64,000 bases of DNA, taken from NCBI GenBank assembly GCA_905178155.1, contig CAJINV010000002.1, positions 3,973,838-4,037,837 on the forward strand, written 5' to 3'. Position 1 is the stretch's first letter. The number at the start of each line of letters is the position of its first letter. Positions 36,701 through 48,469 of the stretch are shown piece after piece. The notes beneath the pieces are model-generated. The model was not told where the DNA came from. It searched no databases and saw only the letters and a program-made list of their open reading frames with translations. A program made the position numbers and the translations under genes. This DNA is from Amoebophrya sp. A120 (Eukaryota > Protista > Dinoflagellata).

Positions 36701-39700
36701 AAAAAGCTTTTTCACTGTAAACTTGTAATGCAGAAAATCTATGGCAGAAGCGGTTGTGTTGCTACAGATTGCAGGACAGTTGATTCTTAGGCGTGTTTTG
36801 CCCTAGGAAGCTCGCATGGCAAGTTTTGTTTGTGATGTAGAACAAACTTGTGATGCGAAGCCTGCAATTTACCTACAGCGAAACAGTTTTTGTGTGGGAT
36901 ACTGAAGCAGCACAACTGTCGCTCACTCACCGACTTGAAGCAAGGCCAATCCGAGGTGGTGAAAAAGTTCGAAAACGAGAAAAATGAGCTGGAACTCCTG
37001 ATTACTGATATGCGGAAGGAGTTTTTCCAGTTGGAGCAGAAGTGCAGCACGCTGCAGGATGAAAACGTGATTTTGCAGAATTTGGTGACGCAGCTAAAGG
37101 AAAGTTCGAGTGGGAGTTCGTCGTCGTCAGTGGAAGTGAACGTCGGGATGACTAATGCAATCGACCGCGAACACAACACTTGGGACCTCTCCTACTCCTC
37201 CGCGGGCGGTGGAGCAGAGGGTTCACACGGCGGGGAAAGAACGTTAGACGAACTGCCTTCCAGTCACTTTCTTCGACCCCCGAGCTACCGGCACTACACG
37301 CTCGATAGTACGACGGGAGATGTTGGGGAGATGAGTTCAGAATTTTTTGCAGAAGATCGACAGAATTACACCAAGCGGTCCACTAGCGCCGGAGCGTCTT
37401 TGAAAAGAGGAAAAACTTCTACAGCAGGGCACAAGAAGGGGAAAAAGAGTAAGACGTCGACGAAAGCGGTAGCTGGTGTTGGCGCATCATCTGCAAATAA
37501 ACGGAGTCGATCTTCTGATCACCATGTCGCTAGCATTTCCCGCGCTGGTAGAACTCGCAGCACGAGCAGCAAGCGAGCGAGGTTTGAAGACGACGAAAAT
37601 AATAGTGATCGCGTCGGGCTTCCAAACTTCCCCAGTGCCCGATCGCAGCTGGGGCAACAAGAAGGTACCCAAGGGACTGACAAGCACCAGCATCTCCGCC
37701 TCTACACGGCTCGGGACCATTATGAGAGTCCACAACTCCCCCTCCTCCTCAATTGTCATGCAAAATTCCATATCCACTCTTTGCCTGTTAGCACTGTTTG
37801 CATGACAGATTCCGGAATCTAAAACAGCAGTGCAATCGTCCAGGAATCTGTCATACAAAAGCTGCATTTTTGCCAGCGCTTGTGTTGCTGTTCATGCAAC
37901 ACAAATGAGGGTGAGTTGTGCACTGTCATAACCATATGCTCCGCAGCTCGATTTCCAGAACGAAAACGAGGGAAAACCAGTATGACCTGCTCAAACGCTA
38001 CAATCTCAAGCGTTACAATAGAGTCTGGAATTTGTCTTGCATATATGAGCATGACAGACTCGCAGACCATTCCACTTTCTGCAATACAAATTTCGCCCGA
38101 TTGTAGTGCGGTTTGGGACTCCGGAACTTGTCATGCGCAGTCCTATGAGACTTCCTTGGCTAGATCATGCACTTCTTGCATCACAGATTTCCAAATTCTA
38201 TTGTAACGTTTGAGATCATTGTAACGTTTGAGCAGGTCATAACCAGGAATGCCAAACCGAAGTAACAGGGTTACTTCACCGAGGAGCTGCTGCAACTGGC
38301 GCAGCCTATTTCTCCCCAACGCATTCCGATCTAGCACTCGACCAATACTTGCAGCAAATCGAGACCGGCGAATTGTACCTGCAGAACTCCAAGCTTTTCA
38401 TCGACCCCGTGGAGCACCAGCAGATCATTCTCAAATTGCAGAAAAGGCTGAAGAAATTCGAGACAGAGAAAACAGAAAACGAAAAGCAGCACGAGCAGTC
38501 CACTATGGAGAATGAGAAAGAGCAGCAGGAATTGTTCTCCCGGTTGGAAACGTTATTGACCGCGCAGAAGCAGCTGCAGGGGAAATATTTCAAATTGAAG
38601 GATTCGAAGAAACAGTTGCAGGAGAGAGTCGCAGAGTTGGAAGAGAATGCAAAATTGAACCAGATGTTGCTAGAAAACGACAAACAAGAACGGGAAATGG
38701 AAAGAGAAGAATTGGAAGAGAGATTGCGTAGGGAAATCAGCATGAGAATCAATAATGCTGATGTTGGAGGAGGTGCTGTCTCTACTGTCAACAACCAGCA
38801 TAAAAATCAGACTTCGTACAACGTCGGAGAAGTAGATGAATTTCATCCCGGGTTCGAACCCATCCCCCTGATAACAGAGGGAGAGCAACAGCGACACAGA
38901 GGTCAACTACAGGTGCCGACACTCTGTCCCTCGCCCGGCGCGGAGTCGGTGTGCGTGGATGACGCGAAACGACAGCTGGAGGCGGTTTTAGAGATCTCGG
39001 ATTACAACATCCAAGACGACGCGGAGATCGCTGCCGTCGAAGGAGCGCACGGTCCGACCGCTGCAGGCGTGGGAGTGCCGAGCGCAACTCTGTTCGGCGG
39101 TTCCGCACACGATTTGAACGACGCACAACTGGCGTTAGATGTAGACATTACAAGCAAAATGAAGCGTGTAGTTGTCAAGAACACGACCAAGAAGTTAGAA
39201 ATCGCTCACCTCCCTCCAGTATTGCTCGCTCCGGATCTTCAAGTAGAGAACAAGAAGCCGATTTCTAATACATCTGATTCCGGGACGCAAGTGGAAGCAA
39301 AGAAGCTGCAACTGTCCCTCCGCCCCGCCGGCGACCTTTCTTCCGTGATCAGTATTTTCCCAGATCCAGACTTCGCGCTGAAGCAGAAGGCCATAGAGGA
39401 GTTCGAGTTTGATATTTCGGGAAAGAGAACCACGTCGGCCGAACCTGGTTGTACAGCCGCAGGAGAAGGTTTGCAGCAGCTGCCAGGAGCTCCGGAAAGA
39501 GCGCAGCAGGGGGGCAATATCCAGGTTGTTGGTGTATCGGACAGTGCACATCAACATCACAAAGTACAAGGAGCGACTACAGCTTCTACCGTCCCGCAGC
39601 AAGGAGAAATACTAGCCATGACGACGAGCAAGATTACCGCTCAACACAAAGACCCTCCTTCCCTTGCGGAGGTGAATGGGCTGCTGTACGACGTGCAATT

Positions 39701-42700
39701 GGAGAAGAAAAAATGCGACACGAACAGCACGCTGCGGTTAGAATTAGAAGCCCTCCGCTACGACCACAGCTGCAATCTGGACGCACGGAAGCGCTTGGAG
39801 CATGAGAGGGGAGTTTTGCTGCGGGAGCTGGCTTCTGTGCAGGAGGAACGGAGTAAAGTTTTGGCGTCGATCGGCGCAGGCGACAGCCAGCATCAGACGG
39901 TGGTCACACAGAAACTTGCTATGCCTGGTGTACAACACCTAGCCGCTGCTGCTGCACCAGCAGGAGGTGCGACCACTGCGCCAGCATTGGTGGATAGCAC
40001 GGAAACGGTGGTCGACAGCCAGCAAGGAGCGACGCTGCCGCACGGTGCAGCAGCTCCATCCTCTGCGCATCTAGTACTCTCTGCGCGCGGCGGGGGAACA
40101 TCATCAAATGTTAAAGTCATCACCGAGGAGCAAGAGCAATCCCGGCTCCGCAAGCACAATGAGGAATTGAGGCAGTTGCTCGCATCCTCGCAGTATCAAC
40201 TGCAAAGATGTTTGGGTCTGGAAACTTCTCATGCTAATACATGAATGACAAACTACTGAAACTGATTGCATATGCGAAGCTGCACATGACAAGTTTTCCT
40301 AGCGATCCTGTAGTACTACGTCACGCGCATCAGAAACAACGCTTTTGCATCACAGAGGAGCAGTGCTATTCATCCGCACCATGCATTACAGGATTCAGAA
40401 GGATAGGTGTTCAGCATTACAAGTCTTGCGATCTTGCAGACACAGACACATTTGCAATGCATACGCAGAACAGATTTGAGGAACTGCGGCAGATTTGCGA
40501 ATCGTCCGAGGAATTGCAGGTGCAATTGAAATATCCTGTCCAAAAGTATCGTACTCGTATTGCAGTCATGCATTACAAATCTATTCCCTAAGGTAAATCA
40601 GCATTACAAATTTTCTTTCTCATGCTGAGGAAATTTGTAATGCATTTATACGAGTACTACGATTCTTTTGCCGTTCATATGAAAAACGCGGCGAATCGGG
40701 AGAACGTTTTGACCAACCAGTTGGAAATCGCTTTGAATGAGCAGACGGTTTTGCGGGAGGAACTACGGTTAAAATCGGAGGAGATGATGGAATTACGCTA
40801 CCGGGTTTTGCATCAAATGCAAAAACGTCTGGGTCTGGAAGGTTGGAACTTGTGATGCTAACTTTGGACTCTAAAAAAATCTGTATTGCATGAGCATGAC
40901 CAGCAAGAGGAGTCTAGTTCGTGCGACGCGGGGAGGGCATTTCTCATGCGGAGTAGGCATCAGGAAGCCCTCTAGAAATCTGTGATGCTAGGTCGTGCAT
41001 TACAGACATCCTAGGTCATGCAAAACATGCATGACATTGACAAGTCTCAGAATCTTCCAGACCCAGACATTTTTGCATTTGATATTTTGGAATATGAGGA
41101 AGCGTTTTTGGAAGGGAAAAAGATCGGGTACTTCAACTTCCGGCCGGTGGGGAGGGAGCTGCAGGCTCACATTAACGGTCGAAAACGTAGCAGGAGTTTG
41201 AACGGCGGAACTACGGGGAGTAGTGGCAAGACGAAAAATGCAAACAACAGCAGCAGTAGAAAACGGAACAGCTCCGGCCCATCGGCGGTCAGACAAAGAT
41301 CCAATTCCCGGTCTCCTGTCAAAGAACATCAAAGCAAGCTGCAGCGCACGACCAGGGGAGAGCTACAAGATCCGGACAGTACGAATTATGCGGAGATGAG
41401 CAACATGCAAAACTCCGCGAAAAAAGCCTCAAAAGCCGCAGCGCAGCACGCTGCGAGCGTAAAGCGTTTGCGGCAGCAAGTTTCTCGGGAGAAAGAGCGC
41501 GCGGATCAACTGAAGCAGAAGAATGAGCAATTGCAGTCGGAAAGGGACCTGCTTGCGGAGAGGCAGAAGGATATGGCAAACAGTTTGAAACTGGGGAAGG
41601 CGGAGTTGGAGTGCAAAAAACAGTTACTGCTATCGTTGCAGAGCAAAGAACAGAACGGAGCGACCGGCGCGGGAGAAAACACAGCTACTGGTAGCGGACA
41701 GGGTCAACATCCTGCTGACGCGACAGAAGCTGCATCAAGTGTTCAATCCCAGCTGAAAGCAGTGGAGGAAAAATCAGCTAAACTGGAGGAGAAAGTGCAG
41801 AAGCAGATAAAGGAATTGAAGAACAAGGAGGAGTTGCTTCGGTCTTGGAAGGAAAAGGAAAAGTCCGCAGCGGAAAAAGTTACCGATCTAGCACGAAAAC
41901 TTTCCACAGAAGAGGAGAAATCGAAACGGTTCAAGTCCGAAGTGGACAGGAAGGAGCAAATGCTGAAAGGGAAGGTGGCGCAGATGGAAAAGCTCAACGA
42001 AGAAGCGGAGCAGGTGAAACAGAAATTAGCGGAAAAGCAGAAACAAGTCGCGAAACTGCAGGAAGAAGGGGTAAAATTGAGAAATCTGCTCACCGCCGCA
42101 GTCGAATCGCCGGGGGGGATTGATTCGGAGGTTTTGGTCAGCAGTAAGTTGTTGACCAAAACCTCTTCGTCGCGCGGCGGAGCGACGACTTCGGACCATC
42201 ATCTTCCAGGCCCGGGTGGACAACTTCTACAAGGTACTGTTCTGTCGTCCGCTCGAGGCGTAGCTGGCGGACCGCAGAATATGGCGGGAGTTGTGTCGGC
42301 GAAGCTGGGCAGCAAAAGTGGTGGGGGCGATGCTGTTACGGAGGAGAAAATTATGCAGACACTGGTGAAAATGAACTTGGTTGTTCCGAGCAGTGCATCC
42401 AGTCCGGCGGCGACTTCGGGAGCAATGCCCATGCCGCAACCGCAAATGCACACTGGTGCCGCAGGCACGTTTACCACCGCGGCCCCTGAGGCGCCAGCAA
42501 GTGCACGCACAGGGAACAACAGTAACGCCTCCTACACAGCGACAGCGCAGATGACGCAACAACCCGACTCGCAGTCGCAACACGACATCGAAATGCGTTC
42601 GCCCTCGCGCAGTCTCTCCGCTTCGAGGCGAAGTAGAGTGGTCTTTAACAATAGCGCTAAGACAACGTCGACGACAACTACAAGTGCCGAACAGCAGCAG

Positions 42701-43876
42701 AGTCAAGACCAAACTCGTCGGGACCTGTCCCGTAGTCGCAGCCCAGCAACACAGCGATTGCAGCTTGGAGGTACTCGTGGGCATCAAAAAAATCCCAATG
42801 TGTTATCCGCCCGTAACGAGCGGAGCCGGGCAAGCGCGGCGCAGGAATTATTCGCAGAGATGGAAGTGGAGGAGGACGACGATGAGCTTATCCCGGCGAA
42901 GGTTGTAGTGCCCGCGTCCGCACGGACGAGACAAGAGGACAATTACAGTCGGGAGGAAAGCGGGCAGTATGTGGTCCGATCGGGATCTTCGTATCAGTCC
43001 GGGCAAGGAGGTACTTACTTTATTCTTTCGTCGTGTTCAATTTACCATTGTCATCTCTATGTCTTGATGCAGTCGAAGCAAGAACATCACAGATGCGTCT
43101 GTAGCTGTACGATGGATCATAGTTTTGCTTTTTCCACTTTACAAATCTGAATCATCACTATGATTTACCTTTTCGTTTTTGCTAACTCCAGGTCCCCCTT
43201 CCACCTCCACCGCCACGACCAATCACAACACGACTTCCAATGCTTTGACCAGTTCCCGCCCGGGCCTCCGCCTGGACAACGAAGATAGCAGTAGGGAACA
43301 CGAGCAAAATCCCATGTTATCCGAAAGTCACAGCACGGTGAGATTCAGCAGGGACAACAATTTCGTGGAAAACATAAACCTCCGCACCAGTAATTCTTCT
43401 ACCTCTCAAAGGCAGAGCCGTGAGTCAAGCTCAAAGGCAAACAACAAGCAAACCAACAGTCGCGAAAACTCGTCCAAGCTGCTCACGGAATCCGAGGAGC
43501 TGTTCGGGAAATCGTTTAACTTACGGGACTATCTACAGCAAAAGCATCGTCCTAGTAGAAATGGCATCACAAAGTTGGTCAGCGTGAAGAATGGAATTTG
43601 ATATGCTGGTTAGCGTACAAAGATTGAGCTGTTTTGCGTGACTGTCATTATCACGAGTGCAATATTTTTGCAATGCATAGGGACCGGCTGTCCGACAAAA
43701 TGAAATTGGACGCGGCGGTCTTGGACTCTTTGTCCATTTTGAATTTGACACTGGAAGACGTTCCGGCTTTTCTGGGGGGTAGTGGAGGTGGACACGACAA
43801 TCGGGGGACGAACGGTAATTCTGCGATGAACCACACCGGGTCTTCTTCTAGCTTAGAATACAGTAGGGACGAGTGA
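27789..43876 (+). CDS. Giant (~3938 aa) coiled-coil protein with an N-terminal MSP/ASH(PapD)-like domain; possibly centrosomal/ciliary
   Basis: Removing 17 introners (+5 bp each) and GT-AG introns 31858-32013 and 43011-43191 leaves 11817 nt = 3939 codons. N-terminal LKVTPGSLVF..RTLILENVS..RYEISPSPVIKVLQPREKRKITV, then long E/K/Q/L heptad segments alternating with S/T/A/G low-complexity tracts. Confidence 0.85.
28124..28352. mobile_element. Degenerate introner, G-like (229 bp)
   Basis: TATTGAAAGTGAAAAAAACTAC / GTAGTTTTATTCCACCGGATA; TSD eroded (ATCTC/CCCTT); frame restored. Confidence 0.72.
29500..29787. mobile_element. Introner family C (288 bp)
   Basis: TSD CGAGA/CGAGA. Confidence 0.92.
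29862..30114. mobile_element. Introner family A (253 bp)
   Basis: TSD AATGA/AATGA; reverse-oriented sister of 8056-8314. Confidence 0.92.
30167..30322. mobile_element. Introner family B (156 bp)
   Basis: TSD AGCAA/AGCAA. Confidence 0.92.
30825..31143. mobile_element. Introner family D (319 bp)
   Basis: TSD CTGAA/CTGAA. Confidence 0.9.
31503..31766. mobile_element. Introner family A (264 bp)
   Basis: Starts TAC; TSD GTGTT/GTGTT. Confidence 0.92.
31858..32013 (+). other. Canonical GT-AG spliceosomal intron
   Basis: GTATAA...pyrimidine tract CTCTCCTCATCCTCTTCACTGCAG; AT-rich, no TIR; needed to keep the frame. Confidence 0.75.
32023..32231. mobile_element. Introner family G (209 bp)
   Basis: TSD CCAAT/CCAAT. 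Confidence 0.9.
35631..35883. mobile_element. Introner family A (253 bp)
   Basis: TSD ACCAC/ACCAC; close sister of 6727-6978. Confidence 0.94.
35950..36154. mobile_element. Introner, G-like (205 bp)
   Basis: Ends ATG; TSD CCGAA/CCGAA. Confidence 0.88.
36347..36496. mobile_element. Introner family B (150 bp)
   Basis: TSD ACGGA/ACGGA. Confidence 0.92.
36692..36901. mobile_element. Introner family G (210 bp)
   Basis: TSD CTGAA/CTGAA. Confidence 0.9.
37721..37930. mobile_element. Introner family E (210 bp)
   Basis: TSD ACCAT/ACCAT. Confidence 0.92.
37981..38241. mobile_element. Introner family F (261 bp)
   Basis: TSD ACCAG/ACCAG. Confidence 0.93.
40194..40463. mobile_element. Introner family A (270 bp)
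   Basis: TSD CGCAG/CGCAG. Confidence 0.9.
40532..40679. mobile_element. Introner family B (148 bp)
   Basis: TSD TGAAA/TGAAA. Confidence 0.92.
40811..41084. mobile_element. Introner family A (274 bp)
   Basis: Starts CAT; TSD TTTTG/TTTTG; reverse-oriented sister of 47757-48035. Confidence 0.9.
43011..43191 (+). other. Canonical GT-AG spliceosomal intron
   Basis: AG|GTACTT...TTTTTGCTAACTCCAG|GT with a branch-point-like CTAAC; frame preserved. Confidence 0.8.
43530..43679. mobile_element. Introner family B-like (150 bp)
   Basis: TSD GGGAC/GGGAC. Confidence 0.88.
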
Positions 43877-45097
43877 ATTTTACTCAAACAACGGTTATAT
43901 ACGAATCACTTTGAAAGAACTATCAGACAACTTTTACAGATGATATGACTGGTAGTTGTAGTCAAATATTTTCAGAGAAAAGCAAAAATCGGAAAACTTC
44001 ATTAGCCAGGTTTTTTACAGAATTAACTTTTAGCAAATTTGATCGCACCAGAGTGAATCAGGATGTTTTATTGAATCGAGACTACGCGAGGACTTACTGC
44101 TCGCAGCTGAACCACAGGTTTATTTGAATCAAAGCTGATACAGCTAGAGCTACGAAAGCTACTGCTCCTGTTGTGCGATACATTTACAAGTGCAAGTTAT
44201 AGGTACTGACTTGCTAATGATATATGAAGTTTAGAAATAAAATGCATGGTTGAAGATATGCAGAAGGAAACGCGGTTTTTTAGGTATGGTCATGATGTCT
44301 GATAATTACGAATGCACGCGAGCTATGTGTGCACAGATTTTTACAAGAATGTCAGAAGGATCGATAAACCGCAATGTGTGGCCACGGTCCGTGATCGAAC
44401 AGCAGTGTGGGAAGCAAGAAAGTTGTTCGTAAAGATCTCTGCAGACAGTGACACCTTCGCTTTCGGTATGCCAGCTTTTCAACAGTATTCGGCTTTCTTG
44501 GAATATCGTCGGTTGTGATTCAACGAAAAGCCCGGCCCCTGTCGGAGCCTAAAAAAATTCATAATCGTTCTGCATTGAAGTACATCCACATCGTACCTGC
44601 GCGCTGGCAAGCTACAGAATAAAATCGGTCCTCCGTCCAAATTGTCTGCATGTAGTAGAGCAAAACGTCCACTGTACTAAGGATAACTCGTCTTCTGTTC
44701 GTCCTCGAATCTCGTATTCATTTTCATTAAATCGGTCGTCGTGACCTTCACAACCTTTGATGTTCTTCGCGTTTATACCAGCTACAGGCCCTTTCCACTT
44801 AGACTTAACCTTATCCTACTTACTTCCCCCTGCGTACTTACGTAAAGGTAATTTCACTTAGCCGTACCCCGGCTTCATGAAGGTTGACGTTGATAGTATG
44901 ATCGTTTCGCAAATTTTTCTCATTGCTGTAATGTCATTAACCCTCATGTTGACCCACAATCACAAAGAATTTTCCTCGAGTTCTACAGATACCTAAGCTC
45001 CTCTTTCAGCGCAACTGCGCTTTCTACTTGATCCTCACTTGTTGTTGTCCAACTTCACGCTCACCCCCCCTGTTTGCCCCGTATTAATTTCATTAAA

Positions 45098-48000
45098 ATG
45101 GACGGCCTTTTAAAAACCATGAATGTGTCGGCGAAAAAGAAGATCGCGCCCGCCGGCACAAACAACGACGAAAAGGGCGACGAATTGTCCGAAATGGCAA
45201 AAATTCAGAGCATGATGAATCGACTAGGAGAGATCCAGCAGGAACGGGCAGGAGCAAATGCACCGGAGGAGAAGCTTACCCTCAATATGCCGACATTACT
45301 TCCTCAGAAGAAAAATAAAGACCACAAAGCTTCTTCCTCCACCAAGCCTAGCAAGTTCGAATCCGTGGACGCGACCTTGGATGCGCAACAGGCGTTAAGG
45401 AATCTGCGCACAACCACGACTAATTTATTCGACACCGAGAACAAAGAGGTTTTGCTGGACGAAAATGGCAACCCGATGGAATCGTCAGGAAAAGCCAGGT
45501 CCCGCTGGTTGAAGATTAAAATGGGGGTGAAAGTTGCCTCCACCTTCAAGGGCGATTTAGCCGAGCAAGAGAAGCGCGCGGACCGGATTAAAATGGCGGA
45601 ATTGGAACGGGACATCATCTATGCATTGCAAATATGTCTGAGTCTGGCAAGTTGTGATGCTAATGACCGCATGATGCGCAACCTGTATTGCGTGGGCGCG
45701 CATGACAAGTTTTGGAGCGGCTATGTCTAGCGTTAATCGCATGAGAAATCGCCTTTTTGCATGACAAACAAGTGACGCTGTAGCACAAGAAGCATGCCAG
45801 CCTTTTCTGTCTTGTCGGCCAAGCATGACAAACTTACCTTCTTCCAGACGCACACATATTTGCACTTGATATCATGAAAAAGGACGAGGAGTTGTTCAAC
45901 GCGAGGTTGTATCCTGTGCAAAAGTATCGTACTCGTATAAATGCAAGTCTTGCATCACAAATTTTTGTCTGAAGGCTAATCAGCATTACAAATTTTATTT
46001 TTCATGCTGAGGAAATTTGTAATGCATTTATACGAGTACGATACTTTTGCAGTTCATAGGTTGGAGTTGAAGGAAAAAATCGCGTTTTTTGATAAGGAAC
46101 GGATGGCCACCCACACATTAGTGTCGAACGCGGTCGAAAGGTACCGGGAAGCGGAACTGCAAGCCAAGCAGACGCGGGACCTGCTGAAGCAGTCGATTCG
46201 CGACCACGAACAGATGCAAGAAGAGTACGAGCTGCTGGAAAAGCAGAAGGCGGCTTTGGAAGCGAAAGTGAAGATGTATTTCGACGTGATGGAGCAACAG
46301 AAATTAAAAATCCGGGAGTTATCTGTCGCTGTCGACCCCTTGACAGAAAAAATCGAAGAGATGGAAAGGGAAGCGACGAAAATGGAGAACCGCATCAAGG
46401 AGGACATGGAAGAACCCAAGGACGTCTCAAAATTAGACCGTATCCTGAGTAAAAACGTCCCCACCCCAGAGTTGTCATGCAAATGCGCAATGACAGGAAC
46501 ATCTGTAATGCGCAGCTCCATGAGAGCAGGCATTTCCAGTCGTGTTTTGGAATTTGTAATGCTGCGAAAAGGGTGAGAAAGTGGCTTTCTCATGCGGCTT
46601 CCCTTGCCAACCAGCACTACACTTCTGCAGAGGGCTACTTGTCATGCACAGCTACCAAAACTTGGAGATTTGTGTTGCCAGATTCCCAACTTGAGTATGG
46701 GGTGGGGACATTTTTGCTTAGGATAGACCGGGACCAGCTGGAAGCGGAGCTGCAGAAGTACTATTGAGAGGAAAAATCCCCCCTCCCCATATTGAAAACG
46801 CATCCGTCTGAAAATTTGTGATGCAGATTTGAGGTCACAGATCCTGTCTGTCTTGCAAGAAGGCAAAGCCGGAGAGTCCGCCGCATTATGCCGGCGGTTT
46901 GTGATGCTGTTGGGCTTACAGAGCCGACATCTGTCATGCTAGTCCCCTACGCCAAAGCCTCTCGATCCAGGCTTGTCATATGCCTGCAGTCCTCTCCAGC
47001 AAGACAGACCTGATTTGTGTACGCAAATCCAGCATCAGAAGCTTTGTTTCGATATGGGGAGGGGGGATTTTTCCTTTTGATAAGTACGCACTGAAACCCA
47101 ACCGAAACCCAAATTTGTCCGAGAAGAAGATCTATCAACTGCAAATATGTCTGGGTCTGGAATGTGGCAACTTGTCATGGTAAATCTGAAGCATGCAAAA
47201 ATCTGTGTTGCATGAGTGCCAAAAGCTGGTGCCCACTTTTGACCATAGATGGAAGGCAGTTTCTCACGCAGGATAGGTATGGAAGAGACCACCTCGCAGA
47301 GTCTGTCATGCTAAGTCCCGCATGTCACACCTCATGGGTCATGGAAAATCTGCATGACAAGTTTACACTTTTCCAGACCCAGACATTTTTGCATTTGATA
47401 AGGTCGACAAGGAGCTGCTGAACTTCGACGACGAATCGCGAAAAATTGTCGTGGAACAGCTGATATGCATTGCAAAAGCATCGTTCTAGCAGTACTTGCA
47501 TTACAAATTTGCTTAGCATTACAAACGAAATTTGTAATGCTCTTTTATCGATTAGGGAAGGAGATTTGTCATGCATAGCAGCAATTACTGCTATTACGAT
47601 GCTTTTGCAATTCATAGCTGAAGTGCCTCGTGCGGTTACAGAAGTTCAAAGACGAGGATATCGATTATCAACGGGACATCCACGAGAAGGGGGTGATTCT
47701 CACGGGAGAGATCGACGAGGAAAAGGTCATGAATGGAATCGACGAGGAGCACTGCATATCAAATGTAAAAATGTCTGGGTCTCCTGGAAGATTCTGAGAC
47801 TTGTCATGCATGTTTAGTTTTGTATGACCCAGAATGTCTGTAATGCACGACCTAGCATCACAGCATTTTTAGAGGGCTTCCTGATGCCTATTCCGCATTA
47901 CAAATGCCCTCTCCACGTAGCACAGTCTGGGCTCCTTTTCCTGGTCATGCAAGACAGATTTTTTTAGAGTCCAAAGATAGCTGCATGACAAGTTTGGATC

Positions 48001-48469
48001 CTTCCAGACCCAGAGAGACATTTTTACATTTGATACCGCAGGGGGGTCACGGTCTCGACGAATCCGAAAATGGTCAAGGATTTTGCCCGCTTTCTCGTCA
48101 ACGCGTACCGACGGAACCATATGAAATGCAAAAGTATCAGTATCTTACTCGTAGTATTGCAACACAAATTAGCTCAGCATGACAAATGGAATTTGTCATG
48201 CTGATTTGGCTTGAAAAAGAAATTTGTCTTGCATGACTGCAAGTCGTACGAGTACGATGCTTTTGCACAGGATAAACCAAGATAATTTTTCCGAATTGAA
48301 CGCGGAAATGCTGCGGTCGCTGCACGGGAGTTACCGAGATTTCCAGTGGAACGTCACCTGCGGCTACGCCTTGGTCCCGTGCCCGAAGCATTTGTGCACG
48401 TATTCTTTCTACACGAGGTTACCCCACAACTTCTGCTTCCACATTTTCTCCACGCCGGTGCCGTTGTGA
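45098..48469 (+). CDS. Coiled-coil protein (~489 aa) with a possible C-terminal dynein-light-chain(LC8)-like fold; 8 introners
   Basis: Removing 8 elements (+5 bp each) leaves 1470 nt = 490 codons. The C-terminus KMVKDFARFLVNAY...LHGSYRDFQWNVTCG...FCFHIFST resembles LC8 secondary-structure order (by eye). Confidence 0.85.
45620..45871. mobile_element. Introner family A (252 bp)
   Basis: TSD TCATC/TCATG. Confidence 0.9.
45910..46058. mobile_element. Introner family B (149 bp)
   Basis: TSD GGTTG/GGTTG; near-identical to 25406-25554. Confidence 0.94.
46441..46725. mobile_element. Introner family C (285 bp)
   Basis: TSD GACCG/GACCG. Confidence 0.93.
46762..47082. mobile_element. Introner family D (321 bp)
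   Basis: TSD AGTAC/AGTAC; reverse-oriented sister of 16623-16930. Confidence 0.92.
47133..47400. mobile_element. Introner family A (268 bp)
   Basis: TSD AGATC/AGGTC; reverse-oriented sister of 25073-25337. Confidence 0.92.
47464..47616. mobile_element. Introner family B (153 bp)
   Basis: TSD GCTGA/GCTGA. Confidence 0.9.
47757..48035. mobile_element. Introner family A (279 bp)
   Basis: TSD CTGCA/CCGCA. Confidence 0.92.
48120..48274. mobile_element. Introner family B (155 bp)
   Basis: TSD AACCA/AACCA. Confidence 0.92.

Noticed and set aside
2277-48035. Recurrent peptides KCKNVWVWK, KMSGSG, FQTQT and PDPDIF as a repeated protein domain
   Set aside because: They are the family-A TIR read in different frames, not protein.
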